Positions 16,948-25,658 of a DNA stretch of 64,000 nt are shown piece after piece. The stretch's first letter is position 1; each line of letters opens with the position of its first letter. The translations under genes and the position numbers were made by a program. This stretch comes from Verrucomicrobiota bacterium (GTDB lineage: Bacteria > Verrucomicrobiota > Verrucomicrobiia > Limisphaerales > UBA11358), in assembly GCA_049516255.1 (NCBI GenBank), contig JBEKTH010000014.1:4726-68725 (forward strand). The letters run 5' to 3'. The notes under the pieces are model-generated. The model was given only the letters and a program-made list of their open reading frames with translations, made no database searches and was not told the DNA's origin.

Positions 16948-17295
16948 TTATTTGGCGAATTTTTTCCACGACTTGAGCCTGCCGTCGGGGCTGAACGTCA
17001 GCCGCAGAAAGTAAGCCGGCACATAGGTCTCGGTGTAACTGGGTGTGGCGGGGCCGAAATAATCGCCGGGCGGCAGAAAATATGGTTCCGGCGCAACGAT
17101 GACCTGGCTGGATTGCGTGAGCCATTCATCCACGACGGTGCCATCGGACAGCTTCGCGGATTTATCCGGCGGCCCCAGGTCCAGGATGGCGTGGTCGTGG
17201 GTGTACTGGCCGACCCGCGCCTGCCAGTCAATTTTTTCCGTGACACACCCGGCGAACAGGAGCGTCGCCAGCAGAGTCAAAACCGCCCGGTTCAT
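16948..17295 (-). CDS. Hypothetical lipoprotein
   Basis: MNRAVLTLLATLLFAGC is a lipobox. The ORF-track start at 17373 (MPALPG...) lies inside a REP element and is rejected. Confidence 0.6.
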   Translation of the reverse strand: MNRAVLTLLATLLFAGCVTEKIDWQARVGQYTHDHAILDLGPPDKSAKLSDGTVVDEWLTQSSQVIVAPEPYFLPPGDYFGPATPSYTETYVPAYFLRLTFSPDGRLKSWKKFAK

Positions 17296-17356
17296 GTCAT
17301 TAAAATTGCATTGTCGTCGGTCAAAAGCAACCAAAGGGGTGTGGTTCGGGATACAT

Positions 17357-17433
17357 CCTGGGAGCGCCGGCATCTTGCCGGCGTGTGGCGGGCTGAATCA
17401 AGAACTCGCCGGCAAGATGCCGGCGCTCCCGGG
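17357..17433. repeat. Pair of inverted 26-bp GCCGGCAAGATGCCGGCGCTCCCGGG elements (BIME-like)
   Basis: cctgggagcgccggcatcttgccggc (17357-17382) is the reverse complement, matching at 25 of 26 positions, of gccggcaagatgccggcgctcccggg (17408-17433). The spacer is 25 nt. Confidence 0.9.
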
Positions 17434-17578
17434 AATGGCGCCGATTTCAAATCACGGCTCGGGGCGGCAAAAAATCTGAAACGGAACTGACGCCGGTTTC
17501 GTCTGGATTTGGGAACAAATTGCAGGTCGGTGGTGAGACTATTGCCAAATCGTTGGTAAACAGATATTACTTCGCATC

Positions 17579-17839
17579 GTGGAAATGACTTTGGAGAGGA
17601 ATTTGCTGAATGCGCTCGTGGACTTGGATGCCGCGGTCAAGGCCATGCCGTCGGCCAATCCCAAGCTGGATTTGCTCAAGCTGTTTGCGCGGATTGACGA
17701 GCTGGCGAAGGAATTGCCGCGCGACTCGGACCCGGTCCTGCTGCATTATCTGCACAAGAAAAGTTATCAGAAGGCCCGGCTCTTTTTGCAGGGCCGCGAG
17801 GCCGAGAATGCGGCCGGGAATTGCCACCACGTAAATTAG
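17579..17839 (+). CDS. Hypothetical small helical protein
   Basis: 86-aa ORF with coding-like composition (LDAAVKAMPSANPKLDLLKLFARIDELAKEL...LHYLHKKSYQKARLFLQG). I do not recognise the family. Confidence 0.45.
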   Translation: MEMTLERNLLNALVDLDAAVKAMPSANPKLDLLKLFARIDELAKELPRDSDPVLLHYLHKKSYQKARLFLQGREAENAAGNCHHVN

Positions 17840-17909
17840 TCGAGGGTCGAAGGGCGGAGGGTGCGTATTCCGGCTTCTCACTTCGGCTTTCTCCGTTCAC
17901 ACTTCGGTC

Positions 17910-19328
17910 ATGTTCGACGACACCATAGCCGCCATTGCCACGCCGCTCGGCGAAGGTGGACTGGCCGTGGTCCGGATTTCCGGTCCGCAGGCGCTCGCCG
18001 TCGCCGACAAGAGTTTTCGGCCCATTGGGAAAAATTCAACGAAACCATCCGCGGCGGCATCGCACACGATTTTATACGGCCGGATGGTTCGCCGGGGGAA
18101 AACCATTGACGAAGTACTGCTGGCGGTCCTGCGCGCGCCGCGCACTTACACGCGCGAGGACACCGTGGAAATCACCTGCCACGGCGGCATTTTGCCGGCG
18201 AAGCTGGTGCTCGATACGTTGCTGGAAAACGGCGCGCGGCCGGCTGAACCCGGTGAATTCACACGGTGCGCGTTTCTCAACGGGCGGCTGGACCTGGCGC
18301 AGGCCGAGGCGGTGGCGGATTTGATTCATGCGCGCACGGAACTGGCGCTGGCCGCCGCCAACGAACAGCTCGCCGGCAAATTGTCGCAGCGCATCAATGA
18401 ATTGCGCGATGAGCTGGTCAAGACGCTGGCGCACGTCGAGGCGCACATTGATTTTCCCGACGACGACATTGCGCCCGACACCAGGGACCAACTGTTGAAA
18501 CGGCTGGAAGCCGGCGTGAAGTTCATGGATGAACTGTTGCGTACGGCAAACGAGGGACAGATTTTGCGCCGCGGCATTCGCGCGGCGATTGTGGGCCGGC
18601 CGAACGTGGGCAAATCCAGCCTGCTCAACCAATTGCTCGGGCATGATCGCGCCATCGTCTCGCCGATTCCCGGCACGACCCGCGACACGATTGAAGAGAC
18701 GGCGAACATCCGCGGACTGCCGGTGGTGTTCGTGGACACGGCGGGGCTGCGCGACGCGCGCGACGAGCTTGAACAGGAAGGCATCCGCCGCAGCCATGAA
18801 ACGCTGGCCCGGGCCGAGTTGATTCTGCACGTGCTGGACGCCAGCGAACCGCTGGCGGAGGTGGATGAAAAATTTCTCAGCGAGTTTGCCGGCAAGAAAA
18901 GGATCCTGGTGCGGAACAAAACGGATTTGCCGCAACGGCTGGATCTCAAAGGATTTTTTGACAAACCCCCCGCCCGGTCCGGCAGGATGGGAAGGGGGAA
19001 TAATTCCGCACCCATTTCGGTTGACGTCAGTTGCCTGAGTGGGCAGGGGATGGAAGCGTTGAGGGACGCGATCAAGGAGCTGGTCTGGTCGGGCGAAATC
19101 AGGGTCGAAATGTTGCAGGTGATGATCAATTCGCGGCATCAGGACGCGCTGAATCGCGCACGCGCGGCGACGCAACGGACGATCGACGCGCTGCGCGGCG
19201 GGGCGACCCTGGAACTGGTCGCACTGGATTTGCGAATCGCGGTCAATGCCGTCGGCGAAATCGTCGGCAAAACGGCGACTGAAGATCTGCTTGACTCCAT
19301 TTTCAGCCAGTTTTGCATTGGCAAGTAG
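17910..19328 (+). CDS. mnmE: tRNA uridine-5-carboxymethylaminomethyl modification GTPase MnmE
   Basis: TIAAIATPLGEGGLAVVRISGP N-terminus, G1 GRPNVGKSSL, G3 DTAGLR, NKTDL, and the C-terminal FCIGK motif. Confidence 0.95.
   Translation: MFDDTIAAIATPLGEGGLAVVRISGPQALAVADKSFRPIGKNSTKPSAAASHTILYGRMVRRGKTIDEVLLAVLRAPRTYTREDTVEITCHGGILPAKLVLDTLLENGARPAEPGEFTRCAFLNGRLDLAQAEAVADLIHARTELALAAANEQLAGKLSQRINELRDELVKTLAHVEAHIDFPDDDIAPDTRDQLLKRLEAGVKFMDELLRTANEGQILRRGIRAAIVGRPNVGKSSLLNQLLGHDRAIVSPIPGTTRDTIEETANIRGLPVVFVDTAGLRDARDELEQEGIRRSHETLARAELILHVLDASEPLAEVDEKFLSEFAGKKRILVRNKTDLPQRLDLKGFFDKPPARSGRMGRGNNSAPISVDVSCLSGQGMEALRDAIKELVWSGEIRVEMLQVMINSRHQDALNRARAATQRTIDALRGGATLELVALDLRIAVNAVGEIVGKTATEDLLDSIFSQFCIGK
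18966..18998. repeat. Possible intragenic C-rich/G-rich REP in mnmE
   Basis: ccccccgcccggtccggcaggatgggaaggggg encodes KPPARSGRMGRG, in a loop that is short in E. coli MnmE as I recall it. Family membership is tentative. Confidence 0.4.
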
Positions 19329-19524
19329 AGGCCGCAAATTCCGCGTGACCCGTTGTGGTTGTAAGCTTTGGACAGCCATAATGATGATGGGTTATCGGAC
19401 CGGAGCTGGTTGGAACCCGCACCCCTTGTTTTTGTACAACTTTGCGACAATAAATGTCTTGACTTTTGACTCGGTTGAGCCCATAACGTTATCAGATCAA
19501 AGTGCCAAAAACCCAAAAAACGCC

Positions 19525-20370
19525 ATGCAGATTCTGAATCAGTTTCTCGCGAGCTTGAGGCGGTGGTCTCATCATACTGCCATTGCGATTTTGCTTTCTG
19601 TTTCGCTTGTTCAAAGCCAGGCGACGATTTACACGGTCAGTTCCGGTGCTTACACAGCAGGCTACGACACTTCGCAAAACGGGTTTACGACGTGGTCGGG
19701 GAGCGGCGGGAATCAGCTGGCTTTGCAATCGCTATACTACAGTGTCAATGGCGGACCGGTAAGCCTGTTAACCGGCGCGATTGTTAACACGGGTTCTTCC
19801 GGTTTCACTTCAAAATACATCACAGCGACGTTTTCAATTCCAAATGGAGACATCGCGGACACATTGACCATCAACGGCAACACGTTGAATGAATCCATTC
19901 AGTTCGACAACTTAGGCGCCAGTGGGCTGAATGTAAGTATATTTCAATATTCGGACTTTGTCCTTGGGGGTCCTTCCGCGGCGGGAAGCCAGACTGTCAA
20001 TCTTACACCGGCTTCGGGTGGGGGGTTTGCCACGGCTAACCAGACGGGAGGAGGATTGGCGCTTACTTGGAACGGTGATGTTCCATCCGGCACTACGCTG
20101 GTACAGGCCAATTCCAGTGGGACTCCATTTGGCGCTTTCATTGGGTTGGGTAGCAACCTTGACAATACTACTTTGGCTGCCATCAATACTTATGCGGTTT
20201 TTGGTTATGAATTTTCGGCGAGTGTGTTGTCGGGCAACCTTTTGACAATCAGTGAAAATGCGGCTTATCCGTCTCCATCCGGTAACCCGGTACCCGAACC
20301 TTCGTCCGTGGCTTTGATTTCGTCGGGAATGTTTATCCTGGCCTTAATCTTCCGGCGACGCAGAAATTAA
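19525..20370 (+). CDS. PEP-CTERM sorting-domain protein
   Basis: Signal-like N-terminus (AIAILLSVSLVQSQA). The C-terminus VPEPSSVALISSGMFILALIFRRRRN has the PEP motif, a TM helix and a basic tail. The start is set at the ATG at 19525. Confidence 0.8.
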   Translation: MQILNQFLASLRRWSHHTAIAILLSVSLVQSQATIYTVSSGAYTAGYDTSQNGFTTWSGSGGNQLALQSLYYSVNGGPVSLLTGAIVNTGSSGFTSKYITATFSIPNGDIADTLTINGNTLNESIQFDNLGASGLNVSIFQYSDFVLGGPSAAGSQTVNLTPASGGGFATANQTGGGLALTWNGDVPSGTTLVQANSSGTPFGAFIGLGSNLDNTTLAAINTYAVFGYEFSASVLSGNLLTISENAAYPSPSGNPVPEPSSVALISSGMFILALIFRRRRN

Positions 20371-20434
20371 TAATGCTTGATTTCCGCAATGGATTACGTT
20401 AAAAAAAACGCCTAACAAACCGATCAGAGGATTT

Positions 20435-21319
20435 ATGAATCGCCATTATCAAGTTGTTTTCAATGTGAAACGTTTGGTGTTGCCATGCGTGGCCTTGGTT
20501 GGGGCGGGAATGCTGTTTGTGCCCGGCCGCGCCGCGGCACAGGTTTATACCATGAGCAATGGTGGGTCCACGGCAACGGTGAATGTTGGCAACAGTGGCG
20601 TGCTGGGGATGAACAGTTGGACTGTGGGAGGCGTTAGCGGGAGCCAATTGAACCAGCAATGGTTTTGGTATTCGGTCAACGGCGCTGTTCAACAGCCCAT
20701 TAACGCCATCAGTACGGCCCAGGTTTCCAACTTCAGCAATCCATTAAACCCGATTGACAACCTGGGGGTGGCATATCAGAATTCGCAACTGACGGTGCAG
20801 GTTCAATATATTCTATCGGGTAACGGCGCCAATTCTGGCAGCGCTGACATGATGGAGAACTTGTCCATCGTGAATAATTCCGCAAGTTCGATCACCCTGA
20901 GCTTCTATCAGTATTCCAATTTCAATTTGTTTCAGAACAATGGGAATAGCGTCAGTCTTTCAGGCGGTCCTGGTGGGTATAGCGGCGCCTTGCAAACGGC
21001 CGGTGGGCCTGGCGGGAATGGCATAGCGGAGGTCATTGATGCGCCCTTGGCAAATTATGGCGAAGCCGCGGTGTACGGACAGACCTTGAGTGAGTTGAAC
21101 TCGGCCAGCTATTATACGCTTAATGACAATGCATCGGCGGGTCCGGGCGATGTGACGTGGGCCTTCCAATGGAACACAACAATCGATCCAGGCGCCACGT
21201 TCAACATAACCAAGGACAAAGGCTTGTCTATTCAGCTTGTTCCTGAACCGTCAACCGTGGCGCTGATCGCGCTGGGGATGGGCGCGCTGGGATTGTCACT
21301 CCGTCGCAAGTTGTCCTGA
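20435..21319 (+). CDS. PEP-CTERM sorting-domain protein (paralogue of 19525..20370)
   Basis: The C-terminus is VPEPSTVALIALGMGALGLSLRRKLS. It shares WYSVNG and (F/Y)QYS(D/N)F motifs with the upstream gene. Confidence 0.85.
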   Translation: MNRHYQVVFNVKRLVLPCVALVGAGMLFVPGRAAAQVYTMSNGGSTATVNVGNSGVLGMNSWTVGGVSGSQLNQQWFWYSVNGAVQQPINAISTAQVSNFSNPLNPIDNLGVAYQNSQLTVQVQYILSGNGANSGSADMMENLSIVNNSASSITLSFYQYSNFNLFQNNGNSVSLSGGPGGYSGALQTAGGPGGNGIAEVIDAPLANYGEAAVYGQTLSELNSASYYTLNDNASAGPGDVTWAFQWNTTIDPGATFNITKDKGLSIQLVPEPSTVALIALGMGALGLSLRRKLS

Positions 21320-21362
21320 GAAAGAATTCCGTCACTTAATTTAACAGTGTGGCAGATAAAGG

Positions 21363-21388
21363 GCCGGTCAATGACCGGCTTTTTTTTC
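21363..21388 (+). terminator. Rho-independent terminator
   Basis: gccggtca a tgaccggc followed by ttttttttc, 44 nt after the stop of the second PEP-CTERM gene. Confidence 0.8.
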
Positions 21389-21466
21389 TGTACTGGCGCG
21401 CATGAAAGCTTTATTGTGGGAGGGCTTTACCACCTGAGCATCTTGTTTGCCTGATGGGCCAAGTAT

Positions 21467-24400
21467 ATGCACAGCAGTCGTCGTTTCGGAATGCTGGGAG
21501 CGGTTTTGTTGACCTGTACCTTGGCTTGCAAACTACAGGCTGGCGGCAGTGGTCTGAACACGGTGGTCATTGTCAACCAGACCAGTTCCAACTCCTGCGA
21601 ACTGGGCAATTACTTCTGCGAAAGGCGCCAGGTGCCGCCCCAAAACGTTTTGTACATCAACTGGCCGGGTGGCAATACCCTGTGGACCAGCAATGATTTT
21701 CAAACGAATCTGGTTACTCTCTTGCTGAACATGCTGGCAGCCCGCCAGTTGACCAACCAGATTGATTATGTCGTCCTTTCAATGGACATTCCGTTTCAGA
21801 CCAGCTTTGGTTCCACCGTCAACGGCACCACCTCGGCCTTGTTTTATGGCTCAAGATTGGGCAATGGCAGCGATAGTTTTGGGGTGACAAACAGTTATGC
21901 CGGGAGCGAGGCAGTCTTTCGTCAAACGACCCCGGTTGGGGCACCCGGGTATTCCTTTCTGACCACCATGATCACCGGCGGTTCGTTGACCCAGGCGGAA
22001 CAATTGGTGGACCAGGGCGTTGCCAGTGACGGAACCAGCCCCCAACCACCGGTGATCCTGGCGAAAAGTTCAGATCCGCTTCGCAACATCCGTTATCCTT
22101 TTTTTGATAATGCCATTTTCAATGCAAACATCCTCGGAAACTCCTCGATTTTGCGCACCAACACCGATTCCGTCTGGTGGCCGGGTCCGTGCCTGGGTTA
22201 TGAAACAGGTCTGGCGCAATTCAGCGTTCCACCAGGCACTTTTATTCCGGGCGCCATTGCCGATAGCATGACGTCTTACGGCGGCATCATCTTCGGGACC
22301 AACAGCCAGACGAACCTGCTCGCATTTATCAATGCCGGAGCGGCAGGCAGTTATGGCACCGTGGCGGAACCCAACAACGATACGCAGAAGTTTCCCAATC
22401 CGATGGTTTACTTTTACCAGGCCCGCGGTTTCAGTCTGGCTGAAAGCTACTACCAAAGTATCAACGCCCCGTATCTTGGCCTCATTGTCGCCGAGCCGTT
22501 GGCAGCGCCTTTTGCCGCGGCCGGTTACGGACAATGGGATACCAACCTTGCTCCCAACTCCGTGTTGAGCGGCACCTCCACGCTTTCCGTAGAATTCACA
22601 GCCCACGATGGGAAGCATCCCCTGCAACAAGTCGATTTGTTTGTGGACGGCCAATATTTCAGCACGCTGACCAATCTGGCTCCGAACCCCGGCAACCTGC
22701 TGACCGTCACCCTGAATGGTTATCCCATTACTTACACGGTCCCGACCAACTCGTCCTTGGGCACCGTGGCGTCGGGATTGGCCGGCCTGATTAACGCCGC
22801 CACCAACGCCACTCAAGTGAAAGCGTTGGTTCATGGTGATCGCATCGAACTACAATCCATTGCCACCAATCTCATGAGTGTCCCGTTCTATGTTGCCGAT
22901 GGCACCCCGACGAACACTCCCGGCCTTTCGTATGAAGTAAACTACCTGCCCGATTCCTTTCCGCCGCAAATGATGCCGATGAGTCCCGGTGAGAGCGGGG
23001 CCTTCACGATGCAGGTGGGGATTCCCAGCACCTTGCCCTACGTCATTCTGGCCTCAACCAATATGGTGAATTGGCAGGCCATCTTCACAAATAATACGGC
23101 ACCCGGGTTGTTGGACTTTGTTGATTATGACTCCACAAATTATCCCGCGCGATTTTACCGCATGTCGTGGCCGACGCCGGACCAGCCTCCGCAATTGTCC
23201 GCACCAGGCTTTGCCGGGCCCGGGGCGTTTCAGATGCACGTCGCCGGCATGCCCGGTGAGCCATGGGCTGTTCAATCATCGACTGATCTCGTTAACTGGA
23301 CGTCTGTGTTCACCAACCAATCCGGCGGGGCGATGAATTTTACCGACACGGGGGCCACAAATTCGGCCGGCCAATTTTATCGGGCCTGGTTGGTGCCACC
23401 GGGCTCGCCTGGATTCACGGTGCTGGACTTGGCAACCAACCTCACCCTGGTTCAGGTTGACAGTCCCACGCGGCCTTACACGGTTGGGGTGTCCACCAAC
23501 TCCGGTCAATGGACGACCTTGGTGACCAATTTCGCGCTTGGCCAGATTCAAACCACCGCCGCTAGTGCCATCGGAGGCGGCAACGGACTTTCAACTGGTC
23601 TGAGCGCCAGCCAGCCCACACTTCTGGCCTCGGAAGCTTTTGGGGTTCAGGGATACTCGGAGCTGAGCAATTCGATTCCGGCCAATTCCTGGATGCAGTT
23701 TACGGTGATCAAGACCAACGGACAGGCGGTGGTCGTGGCCGTTACCAATCAGTCGGCCAGCGATTCCGTTACGCTTGCCGCTCAACTGTACAATGCGATT
23801 AACGCGAATGCTGCCTTGCAAGGCAGTGACGGTGTTGTGGCCGGGGATTACGAGGTGAACCAATACGGCACGTTCTATTACACCAGCTTCAATCTGTATG
23901 CTCGGACTCCCGGCTACCAGGCGGCGGCAATACAAGTCAACCCCACCGTGTCGTCGATTCAGGTGCCCTCATTCACGGCGCTGGGCAGCACCCTTACGCA
24001 GAACCTGTCCAATCTCGAACCTCGGAACCATCTCTACGTCACGGCCGGCGCCGGCAGCCTGGCCCTGACCTTCCCCCTGAACACCACCACCCTGGCTGAT
24101 GGGTATCATGACCTGACGGCCGTCGCCTACGAGGGCACTGACGCGCGCGTTCAAACCCAGGTGACCTTGCCGGTACAAATCCAAAACACGTCCTTGAGCG
24201 CAACGATGACGTTGCTCGATTTAACCAATCAGGCGCCGGACCTGGGCACGTACCACATTCAGGTTACCGCCAACACCAACGACGTAAGTCTGATCACCTT
24301 GTTCAGCACCGGCGGGGCGCTGAACACGGCTACCAATGTGTCCACGGCGGTTTTTCAGGTGAATGGGACCAATTTGTGGGCCGGACTGCATCCTTTCTAT

Positions 24401-24469
24401 GCCACGGTCGTGACCACTAGCGGACTTCAGTATCGTACGCAAACACAGTGGGTCCAGCTCACACCATAG
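21467..24469 (+). CDS. Large secreted protein: TIGR03790-like N-terminal domain plus Ig-like/beta-sandwich repeats
   Basis: Signal peptide MLGAVLLTCTLACKLQA. NTVVIVNQTSSNSCELGNYFCERRQVPPQNVLYI resembles the TIGR03790 N-terminus as I recall it. Two modules end in ARFYRMSW and GQFYRAWL, with Ig-like segments C-terminal to them. Confidence 0.7.
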   Translation: MHSSRRFGMLGAVLLTCTLACKLQAGGSGLNTVVIVNQTSSNSCELGNYFCERRQVPPQNVLYINWPGGNTLWTSNDFQTNLVTLLLNMLAARQLTNQIDYVVLSMDIPFQTSFGSTVNGTTSALFYGSRLGNGSDSFGVTNSYAGSEAVFRQTTPVGAPGYSFLTTMITGGSLTQAEQLVDQGVASDGTSPQPPVILAKSSDPLRNIRYPFFDNAIFNANILGNSSILRTNTDSVWWPGPCLGYETGLAQFSVPPGTFIPGAIADSMTSYGGIIFGTNSQTNLLAFINAGAAGSYGTVAEPNNDTQKFPNPMVYFYQARGFSLAESYYQSINAPYLGLIVAEPLAAPFAAAGYGQWDTNLAPNSVLSGTSTLSVEFTAHDGKHPLQQVDLFVDGQYFSTLTNLAPNPGNLLTVTLNGYPITYTVPTNSSLGTVASGLAGLINAATNATQVKALVHGDRIELQSIATNLMSVPFYVADGTPTNTPGLSYEVNYLPDSFPPQMMPMSPGESGAFTMQVGIPSTLPYVILASTNMVNWQAIFTNNTAPGLLDFVDYDSTNYPARFYRMSWPTPDQPPQLSAPGFAGPGAFQMHVAGMPGEPWAVQSSTDLVNWTSVFTNQSGGAMNFTDTGATNSAGQFYRAWLVPPGSPGFTVLDLATNLTLVQVDSPTRPYTVGVSTNSGQWTTLVTNFALGQIQTTAASAIGGGNGLSTGLSASQPTLLASEAFGVQGYSELSNSIPANSWMQFTVIKTNGQAVVVAVTNQSASDSVTLAAQLYNAINANAALQGSDGVVAGDYEVNQYGTFYYTSFNLYARTPGYQAAAIQVNPTVSSIQVPSFTALGSTLTQNLSNLEPRNHLYVTAGAGSLALTFPLNTTTLADGYHDLTAVAYEGTDARVQTQVTLPVQIQNTSLSATMTLLDLTNQAPDLGTYHIQVTANTNDVSLITLFSTGGALNTATNVSTAVFQVNGTNLWAGLHPFYATVVTTSGLQYRTQTQWVQLTP

Positions 24470-24641
24470 TCGGGGGGGCGCCCGCCTTTGAAGTCCGACC
24501 GGCGCCGGAAGATTTGCGCGACTCGATTTTAAGCCGGTTTTGCGTTGGGCAATGAAGTTCCAGGCTGGTGTAATCGGACCGGGACGTTTATTTTTGGGGC
24601 AGTGCTGGCGCCGTACGGCCTTCAAGATTGTCATTCTGATT

Positions 24642-24866
24642 ATGAACAAACAAGATATCGCGGAGATACTGAGAAAAGAAGTCGGGGAACTGGAGGTTTC
24701 AATCAAGAAAGTCCAGGCCCGCTGTGAACGGTTCAAGCGTTTCGTGCTCGCCCTGGAGGAGGAGATCTCGCCGTCCCCGCCGTCCCAAAAAACCATTTTT
24801 GACACCAAATTCGGAAAGGTAATTGACAAGGTCTTTGGTGAAGAACCCAAGCGGCCCAAACGCTGA
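24642..24866 (+). CDS. Hypothetical small coiled-coil protein
   Basis: 74 aa from the ATG at 24642 (MNKQDIAEILRKEVGELEVSIKKVQARCERFKRFVLALEEE). No family recognised. Confidence 0.3.
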   Translation: MNKQDIAEILRKEVGELEVSIKKVQARCERFKRFVLALEEEISPSPPSQKTIFDTKFGKVIDKVFGEEPKRPKR

Positions 24867-25003
24867 CACGGTGTTGAAAGCGGGAACGGAAAATTTGCGG
24901 GAACCCAGCTTCAGCCAGTTTTACACAGGAAAAAGTCGCGCGAAGGACGCGAAGAAAACAAACTAAGCTTTGTAGCCTATCCTTGTATTAGGCATCGTCG
25001 AAC

Positions 25004-25399
25004 TCATTGCTTCCCATAAATCTCGTTGGAAAGAACCAAATCTTTGGCGGCAAAAGTTACAATGTCGGTAAGAAGGAGATTTGTGTCTCCGTCACGCAAA
25101 TGGCCGCGATAATAAAGCCCTACCAATTCGGCAAAACTGAACCTTGCATCTTGTGTATTGTTGGTGTCCAAGTCTTTGAAACCTGCTAACGCTATCTCAG
25201 CGGTGCCTGTTTCCCATGGCTTTGCAGCCTTGTAATATTCAGCCCTCTGCTTATCAAAGGCGACCATTTGTGCTTCAATCGTTGGCAGGTTCTTCAGCGC
25301 CTCTCGCTGGTAGTCGGAAATTGCGTGTGATCGCCCAAAATACCAGCCGATTCCAATGCCTGCTAGGATACAAACTATAAATGCGACGGTAGGTTTCAT
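25004..25399 (-). CDS. Hypothetical membrane-anchored protein
   Basis: 131 aa with an N-terminal TM helix MKPTVAFIVCILAGIGIGWYF. The DNA is AT-rich and I recognise no family. Confidence 0.5.
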   Translation of the reverse strand: MKPTVAFIVCILAGIGIGWYFGRSHAISDYQREALKNLPTIEAQMVAFDKQRAEYYKAAKPWETGTAEIALAGFKDLDTNNTQDARFSFAELVGLYYRGHLRDGDTNLLLTDIVTFAAKDLVLSNEIYGKQ

Positions 25400-25531
25400 G
25401 TGCTCACGATGCCTAACAGTGATTAGGCGACGCTGTTTTCAGCCTGTCTAATTTTGCGGCTTGATGCTATTCAGAACGTAAATCGTTGTCCAGCTAAAGT
25501 ATTCGCGGCAGTGTTCTGATTTGACCGAAGC

Positions 25532-25634
25532 GCGGATTGTCCTCAATCCGCAGCGCGCGGACAACCAGCGGTGCGTCTGACTCAAGCCAGCACTGTGAGG
25601 TCTGGCGCAGCCGCTGCGAGTTGGAACAACTCGC
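25532..25634. repeat. REP hairpins
   Basis: gcggattg tcct caatccgc (25532-25551) and gcgagttg gaa caactcgc (25616-25634). Confidence 0.7.
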
Positions 25635-25658
25635 GCTCCGAAAATTCATCCACGAATT

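Noticed and set aside
19400-25650. The low-GC block considered as a prophage or integrative element
   Set aside because: There is no integrase, no phage structural or replication genes, no flanking tRNA and no long direct repeats. The content is surface proteins and small hypotheticals.
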